NCBI GenBank assembly: GCA_045603405.1
Contig: JAZUMA010000030.1
Span: 3,744 to 67,743, forward strand
Reading direction: 5' to 3'
Length of the DNA: 64,000 nt
Source of the DNA: Alphaproteobacteria bacterium
Lineage (GTDB): Bacteria > Pseudomonadota > Alphaproteobacteria > RF32 > CAG-239
The notes under the pieces are model-generated. The model was not told the origin of the DNA, did not search any database, and saw nothing but the letters and a program-made list of their open reading frames with translations. Shown here piece after piece: positions 17,675 through 25,891 of the stretch. The number at the start of each line of letters is the position of its first letter. The stretch's first letter is position 1. The translations under genes were made by a program, and so were the position numbers.

Positions 17675-19327
17675 TTAGAATTCTTCCGAAACAACTTTTT
17701 CAAATCGTTTTTCTGCATCAGCTGAGCGCTTTTGCATAGCTCGTTCTTCTTCCATCTTTAAGAAGAAATCTTTTTGAATTTTGCCGGTAAATTTTTGAGC
17801 AAAAGAGTCATCTTGATAGGTTTCTTGAATTAATTTAACAAGTTCTTCGTTGGATAATACTTTACCATTATGCTCGTCAGCCCATGTTTGGATATGCGTT
17901 TTAACAGCCTGGGTTATTTCGGCTATCTTTTCTTGCTCAAGGCGTTTTTGCTCGGCAATTCGCTCTTCTTCTAAGCGTTTTTGATAAGCGATTTCTTCGG
18001 CTTTTCGGCGATTTTCACGGGCAATTTCTTCATCTCTTTGGACAATCAAATTTTCTTTTAGCTGTTGCATTTCTTCTTTTGTCGGGCGAACAGGTAATTT
18101 GTCTTGATTGTTGGTAATGTATTCTACCATTGAGATAGAAATACTCTCATCATCAGAAGTGATAAAGTTGTCACCCATAAAGTTTTGGATGTTGCTTTGA
18201 AGCGTTCTTAGGTTTGATTGACGCTCTCTTTTGCGCTCTTCTTCTTGGTGTTTCTTTTCAGCTGCAATTTCACGCGGATCTTGAACGATCTTAAAGTTTT
18301 TGCCGAATTTTTGTTGCATTTCTTTAATATGACAACCGCCTTTGCCGATGATTAAACCTATCATGTCTTTAGGAACTTCAAGCACAATAAATTTACGCTT
18401 ATCTTCTTTGATTCGTTCTTTATTAATCACAAGTTCCAGATAAGTATGATCATATCCTTGTCGATGATCTGATGTGCAGGCAATACGGATTTGAGCGATA
18501 CTTTCGTATTTTTTTTCATCCATAATGCGGGTTAAATCATAATTGTAGCCTGTTTCTACCAAAGAATAAACTTTTGCTTTATCACTTGATTGTTCGTCAA
18601 AATAGCGGTCAAAAGTTTGCTTTTTCTCTTCTTTGACAGAATTTTTTGCCTGCTCTAAATCTTCTTTCATTTTTTGATATAATTCGGGGGTTAAAATACC
18701 ATCTTTTGTTTTAATGATGTATCTATTTCTGCTTTCAAACCCGCTTCGACCACTGTATTCTAATTCATAACCGTATGCTTTCATTTTGGCAGCAAGCTGT
18801 TTGCTGGTAGCGTTGATAACAGGCCAACTAAGGTTACTGTAGGTTTTAATTTTATCTAGATTTTCTTGATTGTTTAAGGGTAAATCTTCTTTTAAGAATT
18901 TTACTCTTTTTAAATCAGACCAGCAGTCATCTTCAGTAAAATATGTTGCAGTACCATCTGTTTTTTCAAGTTTTAGAAATTTGACTTTTGGCTCATCTGT
19001 AGATTTCTGGCGATTTATCACTCTGGCAATATCTTCAACGACATCGTCTAAATCATATTTATCACGAAAAAAATCGCCAAAAAAATCATCATATGCAAAA
19101 TTAGGATGAATTGCCTCTATAGCCTTTCTAATTTCTGGTTCTTTTAGGATAACGTGTTCACTTGATTTTTCACAGCCTAAAATGCAGGAAAGACTATATC
19201 GGCGAAGGTTCTTATAGCTTGTATAATAAAAACTGAAATCGGTTTCATTTGTATCTGTTTTAACTGTGTACTTTCTTATATAATATCCATCAGCAATTTT
19301 ATATTTTTGCATTTCTGTATTTTCCAT
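17675..19327 (-). CDS. KH-domain protein, 550 aa as annotated, with a coiled-coil E/K/R-rich C-terminal half
   Basis: Type-I KH signature VPKDMIGLIIGKGGCHIKEMQQKFG (aa ~318-342, nt ~18281-18394). Strong RBS AAGGAG and a consensus promoter. Confidence 0.6.
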   Translation of the reverse strand: MENTEMQKYKIADGYYIRKYTVKTDTNETDFSFYYTSYKNLRRYSLSCILGCEKSSEHVILKEPEIRKAIEAIHPNFAYDDFFGDFFRDKYDLDDVVEDIARVINRQKSTDEPKVKFLKLEKTDGTATYFTEDDCWSDLKRVKFLKEDLPLNNQENLDKIKTYSNLSWPVINATSKQLAAKMKAYGYELEYSGRSGFESRNRYIIKTKDGILTPELYQKMKEDLEQAKNSVKEEKKQTFDRYFDEQSSDKAKVYSLVETGYNYDLTRIMDEKKYESIAQIRIACTSDHRQGYDHTYLELVINKERIKEDKRKFIVLEVPKDMIGLIIGKGGCHIKEMQQKFGKNFKIVQDPREIAAEKKHQEEERKRERQSNLRTLQSNIQNFMGDNFITSDDESISISMVEYITNNQDKLPVRPTKEEMQQLKENLIVQRDEEIARENRRKAEEIAYQKRLEEERIAEQKRLEQEKIAEITQAVKTHIQTWADEHNGKVLSNEELVKLIQETYQDDSFAQKFTGKIQKDFFLKMEEERAMQKRSADAEKRFEKVVSEEF

Positions 19328-19352
19328 TTTCTTTCTCCTTTTCTATGTTTTA

Positions 19353-19381
19353 AGTATATATAAATTTTGATTTTATGTCAA
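19353..19381 (-). promoter_or_regulatory. Sigma-70-type promoter of the KH-domain gene
   Basis: TTGACA-17 nt-TATACT read on the minus strand. Confidence 0.55.
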
Positions 19382-19567
19382 AATATTTAAGTTATTTTGT
19401 GTTTTTAGCTATCCGGTATTGCGTTAAATAAACATTGCAATACCGGATAATTCTGTTTCATAATAATTTTCGGTTTTTATTTTTGTAGGCCGCAGATTTC
19501 TTTAAATCCTTCCGACTTATGCCTATGAGTTAACATAATTATTTCTATAGTAATATTTTGAAATCAC

Positions 19568-20458
19568 CTATTTGTTCATCTCAAAGTTGCTTAAGAACTT
19601 TGTCATAGCTACATCTGGTTTGCCTTGTTGCTTTTCAGCATTAGCTTTTAAGACAAATCTAGCGATTTCTTTTTGATCTGCGTAACCGCCCCAGAAAGCT
19701 GTGCCGCCCTTTTGACCTAAGCCGGAACCACCGGTCCAACCACCGAAATTATCATATAATATTTCAGTTTGGTTAGGATCCCAAGGAGCAGGTCTTTCAC
19801 CGATTTTGTTACCTTGTAACTTACGGCAAATATCTTCCGGACCGAAATAGTTGGTTTCACCATCTGCTGAGACAATCAGTAAGTTTTGAGGCTTACTTTC
19901 ATCAAATAAACGGTCGGTTACGGTTGCTGTTTTTGAGTGTGGCAACATTACAATCGTTACACCATTTATTTCTTTTGTGTGCTTTATGGCTTCTTCTGCC
20001 TGTTCTTCCTGCTCAGCAGTGATGTTTTGGCAGGAGCGGTCATGATAACGAATCATGGCTATTTCTTCTTTGGTTGCGCCCATGGCAAGCATCGCCGGAA
20101 TGTAACCGCTGTCATTGGCTACAATTAATAGCATTTTTCTTGTCGGTTCAATACCTAACAACTCGCATACCTGCAAAATAGAAGCCGGTTTTGAGGCATT
20201 TTCATTATGGTGGTCAATTTCAATTGTTTCCTCAGGTAATCTGCTATCCTTTTTTAACTCAATAATAACAGGAATTTTTCCTTCGGCTGCAACTTTGGAA
20301 ATTTCATCTCCATATACAGATACGCCGACTTTACTTGCTTCTCTCCAATCTATGTTCTTGGTTGAGTAGCTAACTCCTTGTTCTTTTAATAAGGTTTCAA
20401 TTGTTTTCATCTCAAGGTCGTTACCACCTAAGAAGAAATGTAAATTTTTAGTATTCAT
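19568..20458 (-). CDS. Hypothetical protein with DHH-phosphoesterase-like motif order
   Basis: GGNDLEM (aa 11-17), IEIDHHN (aa 80-85), ANDSGYI (aa 114-120) and a Gly-rich C-terminus GGWTGGSGLGQKGG. Confidence 0.4.
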   Translation of the reverse strand: MNTKNLHFFLGGNDLEMKTIETLLKEQGVSYSTKNIDWREASKVGVSVYGDEISKVAAEGKIPVIIELKKDSRLPEETIEIDHHNENASKPASILQVCELLGIEPTRKMLLIVANDSGYIPAMLAMGATKEEIAMIRYHDRSCQNITAEQEEQAEEAIKHTKEINGVTIVMLPHSKTATVTDRLFDESKPQNLLIVSADGETNYFGPEDICRKLQGNKIGERPAPWDPNQTEILYDNFGGWTGGSGLGQKGGTAFWGGYADQKEIARFVLKANAEKQQGKPDVAMTKFLSNFEMNK

Positions 20459-20624
20459 TTTAAATCCTTTCTAAATAAATGTTTTTTCATAAAAAATTTA
20501 TGTAAAATCTGTTTTTTAGGCGGGACTTGAGTCACATCTAGTGTTCTTGCTTTTTTATAGCTAAAAGCAAGCTAAATCATTTCATACGCAAGCCCCAAAG
20601 TGAGCATATTGCTCTTTTATGAGA

Positions 20625-21032
20625 CTAGAGTTTGGCTGCCTCGCTTTCACCGTTTTCAGGCGGTATGCAAGATAACATCGCTTTGATGCGTATGTTTATG
20701 ATTGCGTGATGATTTTTCAGATTACAATTATCCGTTACGAAGGTACTCAAATTCGGCATTTGAGTGAAACTACTATACTTATTTTTCCGGCTTGCGGCAA
20801 AATAAGATATAAAACCGTTGTAAAAGTGGGTTTGTTCTTTTCTCAACGTAAGGGCTGTTATATCATTTACCCTTGTTGTAATTTTTGTCTTCGGATTATC
20901 ATCCGATTTTTTAGAAAGCACATTTTGTTTTTGTGCTTTTGCAACTGCCGTTGCTGTATATGTTATGCTTGCAGCAAAGCTACGAGCAAAAGTTCGTCCC
21001 ATGCATCGTCGCGGGACAGGGTCGTCATTCAT
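20625..21032 (-). CDS. Hypothetical protein, 135 aa (orphan)
   Basis: GGAGG RBS 6 nt before the ATG at 21032. The promoter at 21066-21094 lies inside the longer 168-aa ORF-track call. Confidence 0.5.
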   Translation of the reverse strand: MNDDPVPRRCMGRTFARSFAASITYTATAVAKAQKQNVLSKKSDDNPKTKITTRVNDITALTLRKEQTHFYNGFISYFAASRKNKYSSFTQMPNLSTFVTDNCNLKNHHAIINIRIKAMLSCIPPENGESEAAKL

Positions 21033-21065
21033 AAAATTCCTCCATTGGTATCTAATGACAATTGA

Positions 21066-21094
21066 ACTATAACATGTTTTGGCAGTTTTGTCAA
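21066..21094 (-). promoter_or_regulatory. Sigma-70-type promoter of the 135-aa gene
   Basis: TTGACA-17 nt-TATAGT on the minus strand. Confidence 0.55.
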
Positions 21095-21211
21095 TAGGGC
21101 GTTTAAAAAATATTTTTTTATTTATATTCAATTAGATATAATGTCGCACGCTAAAAAATGAAAGATGTTTTTAAAAAAGTGTAAATTTTTTTTGTTTTTT
21201 TTTAAAAAGTG

Positions 21212-21239
21212 TTGACTCTATTAATTTATGCTTTATAAT
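21212..21239 (+). promoter_or_regulatory. Sigma-70-type promoter of rpsM-rpsK-rpoA
   Basis: TTGACT-16 nt-TATAAT, about 70 nt upstream of rpsM. Confidence 0.6.
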
Positions 21240-21309
21240 CCGCATTAATTTTGAAAAGTGGTGATCAACTTTTTGAATGGTTTAATATATATAATAATGG
21301 AGATTTAAT

Positions 21310-21678
21310 TTGTCTCGTATAGCTGGTGTAAATATCCCAACTGCTAAGAAATTGGAGATTGCGCTAACCTCTATCTATGGCATTGGGAGAGAAACCGCAC
21401 AGGTTATCTGTGCAAAAGCGGGCGTTGCCGGTGATCGTCGTGTACATGAGTTATCTGACGAGGACATTGCAAAGGTTCGTGAAGTAATTGATAAGGATTA
21501 CCTCGTAGAAGGTGAGTTACGTCGTGAAGTCGGTGTTAACATCAAGCGTTTAATGGATTTGGGTTGCTACCGCGGTTTACGTCATCGTAAGGGCTTGCCG
21601 GTTCGTGGTCAAAGTACAAAACAAAATGCGCGTACCCGTAAAGGTAAACGTAAGACTGTTGCGAACAAGAAGAAGTAA
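21310..21678 (+). CDS. rpsM: 30S ribosomal protein S13
   Basis: SRIAGVNIP ... [27 protein letters not shown] start after a GGAG RBS. Confidence 0.93.
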   Translation: MSRIAGVNIPTAKKLEIALTSIYGIGRETAQVICAKAGVAGDRRVHELSDEDIAKVREVIDKDYLVEGELRREVGVNIKRLMDLGCYRGLRHRKGLPVRGQSTKQNARTRKGKRKTVANKKK

Positions 21679-21689
21679 GAGAGGTAACG

Positions 21690-22073
21690 ATGGCAAAAAC
21701 AGTTATTAAGAAAAAAGAAAAGAAGAACATCACCTCGGGTGTTGCTCATATCAATTCTACATTTAACAATACAAGAGTTACCATTACTGATGCACAAGGA
21801 AATACCGTTGCTTGGTCAACTTCCGGTGCTCAAGGTTTCAAAGGTTCTAGAAAATCTACACCTTATGCTGCACAAGTTGCGGCAGAAGAAGCCGGTAAGA
21901 AAGCTCAGGAAAATGGGATGAAAACTTTGGAAGTAGAAGTTAAAGGACCTGGTTCAGGTCGCGAATCGGCTATCAGAGCTTTGCAGGTTGTCGGTTTTAC
22001 CATTACTTCTATTCGTGATGTTACACCTATTCCGCATAATGGCTGCCGTTTAAGAAAACGTCGCAGAGTATAA
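21690..22073 (+). CDS. rpsK: 30S ribosomal protein S11
   Basis: [18 protein letters not shown] ... [15 protein letters not shown]. Confidence 0.94.
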   Translation: MAKTVIKKKEKKNITSGVAHINSTFNNTRVTITDAQGNTVAWSTSGAQGFKGSRKSTPYAAQVAAEEAGKKAQENGMKTLEVEVKGPGSGRESAIRALQVVGFTITSIRDVTPIPHNGCRLRKRRRV

Positions 22074-22155
22074 TTTAGATTTTTAGAGTTAAGGAATAAA
22101 ACTTTCCTTAACTCTGTTTTAGTATTACATGTAAACTAGTAAAGAGGGTATTCCG

Positions 22156-23166
22156 GTGATTCAGAAGAATTGGCAAGAACTTATAAAACCAACTAATCTT
22201 GGGGTTGTTCCAGGCGAAGGCAAGAATGTTGCTAAGATAGTTGTTGAACCTTTGGAAAGAGGTTTTGGTTTAACTCTAGGTAACGCATTGAGAAGAGTTC
22301 TGCTGTCTTCTTTGCAGGGCGGTGCGGTGACTTCCGTTAAAATTGACGGAGTTCCGCATGAGTTTTCTGTGGTTGAAGGCATGCGTGAAGATGTTCCAAA
22401 CGTTATCTTAAATATTAAAGGCTTGGCTGTAGCTGTTCATTCTGAAGGACAGAAAATTATGCGCTTGAAAGCCGAAGGGCCGATGGTGGTTACAGCCGGT
22501 ATGATTGAGACCGGTCATGATGTTGAGATTATGAATCCGGATCATGTTATTTGTACGTTAGATGCCGGTGCTAAAATTTCGATGGAAATGACTGTCGGAA
22601 CAGGTAAAGGCTATGTACCTGCCGTGCAAAATAAGGTTGCTGATGCGCCAATCGGTGTGATTGCTGTTGATGCTATTTATTCTCCGGTGCGCAAAGTTTC
22701 TTATAAAGTTGATAAGACTCGTGTGGGGCAAAATACAGATTATGATAAGTTGACTATGGTTGTTGAAACCAATGGTGTTGTTTCTCCGGAAGATGCTGTG
22801 GCTTTGTCTGCTCGTATTTTGCAAGACCAATTGAAACCATTTATTAACTTTGATGAGCCGGAAAGTGAAGCAGAGGATATTAAAGAGGAATTGCCGTTTG
22901 ATAGAAATCTGTTGCGCAAGGTTGATGAACTTGAACTTTCTGTTCGTTCAGCAAACTGCTTAAAGAATGATAATATCGTTTATATCGGTGATTTGGTACA
23001 AAAGACAGAAGCTGAAATGCTCAGAACGCCGAACTTTGGTCGTAAATCTTTGAATGAGATTAAAGAGGTGCTTTCAAAGATGGGAATTCATTTGGGTATG
23101 GAAACTCCTGGTTGGCCACCTGAGAATATTGAAGAATTAATTAAGAAATGTGATGAACATTTCTAA
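22156..23166 (+). CDS. rpoA: DNA-directed RNA polymerase subunit alpha
   Basis: [12 protein letters not shown] start, [11 protein letters not shown], and C-terminal domain [15 protein letters not shown] start. Confidence 0.94.
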   Translation: MIQKNWQELIKPTNLGVVPGEGKNVAKIVVEPLERGFGLTLGNALRRVLLSSLQGGAVTSVKIDGVPHEFSVVEGMREDVPNVILNIKGLAVAVHSEGQKIMRLKAEGPMVVTAGMIETGHDVEIMNPDHVICTLDAGAKISMEMTVGTGKGYVPAVQNKVADAPIGVIAVDAIYSPVRKVSYKVDKTRVGQNTDYDKLTMVVETNGVVSPEDAVALSARILQDQLKPFINFDEPESEAEDIKEELPFDRNLLRKVDELELSVRSANCLKNDNIVYIGDLVQKTEAEMLRTPNFGRKSLNEIKEVLSKMGIHLGMETPGWPPENIEELIKKCDEHF

Positions 23167-23196
23167 ACGAATCGGAAATTTATTCTAAAATATTGC

Positions 23197-23227
23197 AAAA
23201 GCCGCTTCGATTGAGGCGGTTTTTTTG
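23197..23227 (+). terminator. Rho-independent terminator after rpoA
   Basis: CCGCTTC-GATT-GAGGCGG followed by T7. Confidence 0.65.
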
Positions 23228-23237
23228 ATAAAAATGT

Positions 23238-23266
23238 TTGACAAAAATTTTAAAATAGGGCATACT
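23238..23266 (+). promoter_or_regulatory. Sigma-70-type promoter of the 166-aa orphan
   Basis: TTGACA-17 nt-CATACT. Confidence 0.5.
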
Positions 23267-23320
23267 TTATGCCTATACAATAAATTATTATAAAATTAAG
23301 ATTATTTAAAAATTAAAGTT

Positions 23321-23821
23321 ATGGTAAAAATTCAATGTGGGGTTGGTCCTTATAATAACAAAGACCAAGTAAAACAATGCGTTGAACATATGCTTGGTGA
23401 AAAGGTAAGAGAAGTAAGACTTGCCTTAGTAATCGGGCATAATGGGACAGATTTTGTTTCATCGACTGATTGGCGGGTGACAATGGAGAGTGGACAAGAA
23501 TATATTCTCACCTCTTCGATGCAACCGCAGTATCCCAATTTCTTGGAGTGTAAGGCCGGAGTTTCGTATGAAAAAGGGAAATACTCAATAATCACTGCGG
23601 AAGATGATAAGTCTGCTACAGTTTTTATTGGTGGGTCGATATACCGTTTTCGTCCTGGAGATGCTCTGAGAATCTATGTGCAGACCTGCGAAAGATTTAT
23701 CGCGACAGATTGCGCAGTAGAGTGTGAAGAAACGGAGCAAGGGCGAACCTACCGCGTGATTACGGATGAGAATACACAGTATGGTTACCTTGATGGCAAG
23801 GGGCGCATTTCTCAAGTCTAA
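23321..23821 (+). CDS. Hypothetical protein, 166 aa (orphan)
   Basis: ORF with its own promoter and a shared terminator at about 23828-23862. No family recognised. Confidence 0.45.
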   Translation: MVKIQCGVGPYNNKDQVKQCVEHMLGEKVREVRLALVIGHNGTDFVSSTDWRVTMESGQEYILTSSMQPQYPNFLECKAGVSYEKGKYSIITAEDDKSATVFIGGSIYRFRPGDALRIYVQTCERFIATDCAVECEETEQGRTYRVITDENTQYGYLDGKGRISQV

Positions 23822-23863
23822 CAAAAACAAAAGCAGTCGGTGTGAAAACCGGCTGCTTTTGTT

Positions 23864-24337
23864 TTAGGAAATTATATCGGCAGTTATAAGCGGAATAATT
23901 GTTTTTAGAGAGGATAGCGGCAATTCTATCTGCCAACCGATGGCACCGGCAGAAAAAATGATTGTGGAGAAGTTTTCGGCGGTTATATGGGCAACGGTTT
24001 TGAATTGCTTTTTCATGCCAATCGGGGAGCAACCGCCGTGAATGTATCCGGTTAAAGGCAGTAAGTCTTTTTGTTTGAGCATTTCTACGGATTTTTCATT
24101 TACTGATTTGGCGGCTTTCTTTAAGTCTAGTTCTGCGGCAACCGGCAACATGAAGACATAATGCGTGCCTGTTTTGCCGGTAGTAACGAGCGTTTTGAAT
24201 ACTTGTGCCGGATTTTCGCCTAAAGCAGTGGAGACCTCTATGCCGGAAATGGCACCGGATGAACTGTAATCATGAGTTTTATAATTTATTTTGTGTTTAT
24301 CTAAAATGCGCATGGCATTGGTTTTGAAATTTGTCAT
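23864..24337 (-). CDS. ybaK: Cys-tRNA(Pro)/Cys-tRNA(Cys) deacylase YbaK
   Basis: TNAMRILD ... VFKTLV ... GYIHGGCSPIG pattern of YbaK/EbsC. Confidence 0.8.
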   Translation of the reverse strand: MTNFKTNAMRILDKHKINYKTHDYSSSGAISGIEVSTALGENPAQVFKTLVTTGKTGTHYVFMLPVAAELDLKKAAKSVNEKSVEMLKQKDLLPLTGYIHGGCSPIGMKKQFKTVAHITAENFSTIIFSAGAIGWQIELPLSSLKTIIPLITADIIS

Positions 24338-24436
24338 ATTTATTCTCCTTTGTTGAGCTTATGGTATTAAGGAAGAAATTTAAAGATTTTTTTATAAAGT
24401 TATAGTATTTGAGGTTTAGTATTTAGGAGAAAGGTA

Positions 24437-25390
24437 ATGTTTAAGGCAAAAAAATTAGATAGGCTAGTAGAAGCAGGAATTATTTCTGCTAAACAACGAC
24501 AACAGATTTTAGATTTTGATAAAGATAAAAACAGCGGGTTTGCGGCAAAACTTTTGAGTATTTTGGGAATTTTTATTATCGGTGTCGGTGTGATTTCAGT
24601 TATTGCGGCAAATTGGGATGGCATCAGTGATGTAATAAAACTGTTTGTGATGTTTTTGATGTTATTTGGCTGTGGATTGCTTGCTTTCTATTGGGATAAA
24701 AATGGAATGACAGAAAAGGCTGAAAAAATGCTTGTCGGGTTGTTTCTATTATCCGGAGCGACTATCGGGCTAATTATTCAAGTTTATCAACTCTCAGGCG
24801 GAAAATGGTATAATGTTTTATTGATATGGTGTTTGGTAACACTGCCGTTGTTGTTTGCTTTAAAAAAGAGTTATGTTGCCTATTTTTGGGTGCCGGTATT
24901 TTTGGTGTGGTGTGATGCTGTATTTTGGGATTGGCGGGGTACACCCGTATTAGGTGCTTTTTATGATCCGTGGGATATAGGTTTCTTTGCGGCGTTCGCA
25001 TTTATTGGGAAAATGGTAATGAAATATTCGTCACAAGTGACGATAGGAAAGGCTCTTTGTAAATATTCGTTATTTGCGGCTTATTTGTGTTTGGCGTTAT
25101 ATATTGTATCTGCGTGGAAAATAACACATATTTCGCGTTTAGGAATAGCCATAGCATTATTGGTTGTTTCAGGGTTTGTTTATAGGTATTACGGGGCTTA
25201 TCATTTAATCCGACGCAATATTAAATTCGGAGGATTGGTTGCGGTGATGTTTTATGTTAATTTTGCTGATATGTTTGGTTTGTTGAGCAGTGGTTTCGGA
25301 ATGATATTGTTTGGTATCGGGCTGATATTGTTAGTGAGAAATTGGCCAGAAATGATTGCACTGGTGATAAAGGAGAAGAAAAATGACTAA
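24437..25390 (+). CDS. DUF2157-like polytopic membrane protein
   Basis: Soluble N-terminal helix (LVEAGIISAKQRQQIL) followed by about 9 TM segments. Coupled to a GDYXXLXY gene. Confidence 0.5.
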   Translation: MFKAKKLDRLVEAGIISAKQRQQILDFDKDKNSGFAAKLLSILGIFIIGVGVISVIAANWDGISDVIKLFVMFLMLFGCGLLAFYWDKNGMTEKAEKMLVGLFLLSGATIGLIIQVYQLSGGKWYNVLLIWCLVTLPLLFALKKSYVAYFWVPVFLVWCDAVFWDWRGTPVLGAFYDPWDIGFFAAFAFIGKMVMKYSSQVTIGKALCKYSLFAAYLCLALYIVSAWKITHISRLGIAIALLVVSGFVYRYYGAYHLIRRNIKFGGLVAVMFYVNFADMFGLLSSGFGMILFGIGLILLVRNWPEMIALVIKEKKND

Positions 25391-25805
25391 GAATTATCTG
25401 AAACTTGTCTTGATGATTGCACCGGCATTATTGCTTTTAGGTTGGGGTAGCGTGCTTTCTTATCAACTGCATAGCGGAAGAGAAGTTGTGCTAAGAATTA
25501 AAGGGTATGATCCGAGGTCATTGCTTTCAGGACACTACATTCAATATCAGATTGATTGGGAAAATTCTGATTGCGGACAGTTTGAAAATGGTATATGTCC
25601 GGAAGAAGAATTCAAATGTGCTTTGTTTAAAGGATATTGGGGGGAATACGGGCGGTTTTATGTATCTGAAAGACAGGCCAGTGATTTAGATAAAGCTGTG
25701 CGTGATAGTGAAAATGAAGCTGAGATAGTTTATTCTTATCGCAAAGAAAGGCGGCCGTATGCGTTGCGGTTACAAATTAGTGGTAAAGTATTTGAGGCAA
25801 AATAG
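25383..25805 (+). CDS. GDYXXLXY-domain protein
   Basis: GYDPRSLLSGHYIQYQI matches the GDYxxLxY-type motif. The 8-nt overlap with the upstream gene suggests translational coupling. Confidence 0.5.
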   Translation: MTKNYLKLVLMIAPALLLLGWGSVLSYQLHSGREVVLRIKGYDPRSLLSGHYIQYQIDWENSDCGQFENGICPEEEFKCALFKGYWGEYGRFYVSERQASDLDKAVRDSENEAEIVYSYRKERRPYALRLQISGKVFEAK

Positions 25806-25891
25806 ATAAAAACAATAAAGAAAATCTCAAAAAAAGTAAGATAGATTGAGATTAAGCATATCTTTTTTTTAATGAGAGAAGTTTATGAGTT

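Noticed and set aside
17675-17677. Possibility that TAA is reassigned as a sense codon in this organism
   Set aside because: TAA terminates several well-defined conserved genes in the window at the expected protein ends (rpsM, trmB, ybeY, glgX region). A genome-wide reassignment is therefore not supported.
21033-21131. The longer 168-aa version of the 20625..21131 ORF
   Set aside because: A near-consensus promoter (TTGACA-17-TATAGT, 21066-21094) lies inside the extension, and a GGAGG RBS precedes the internal ATG at 21032. The 135-aa form is preferred.
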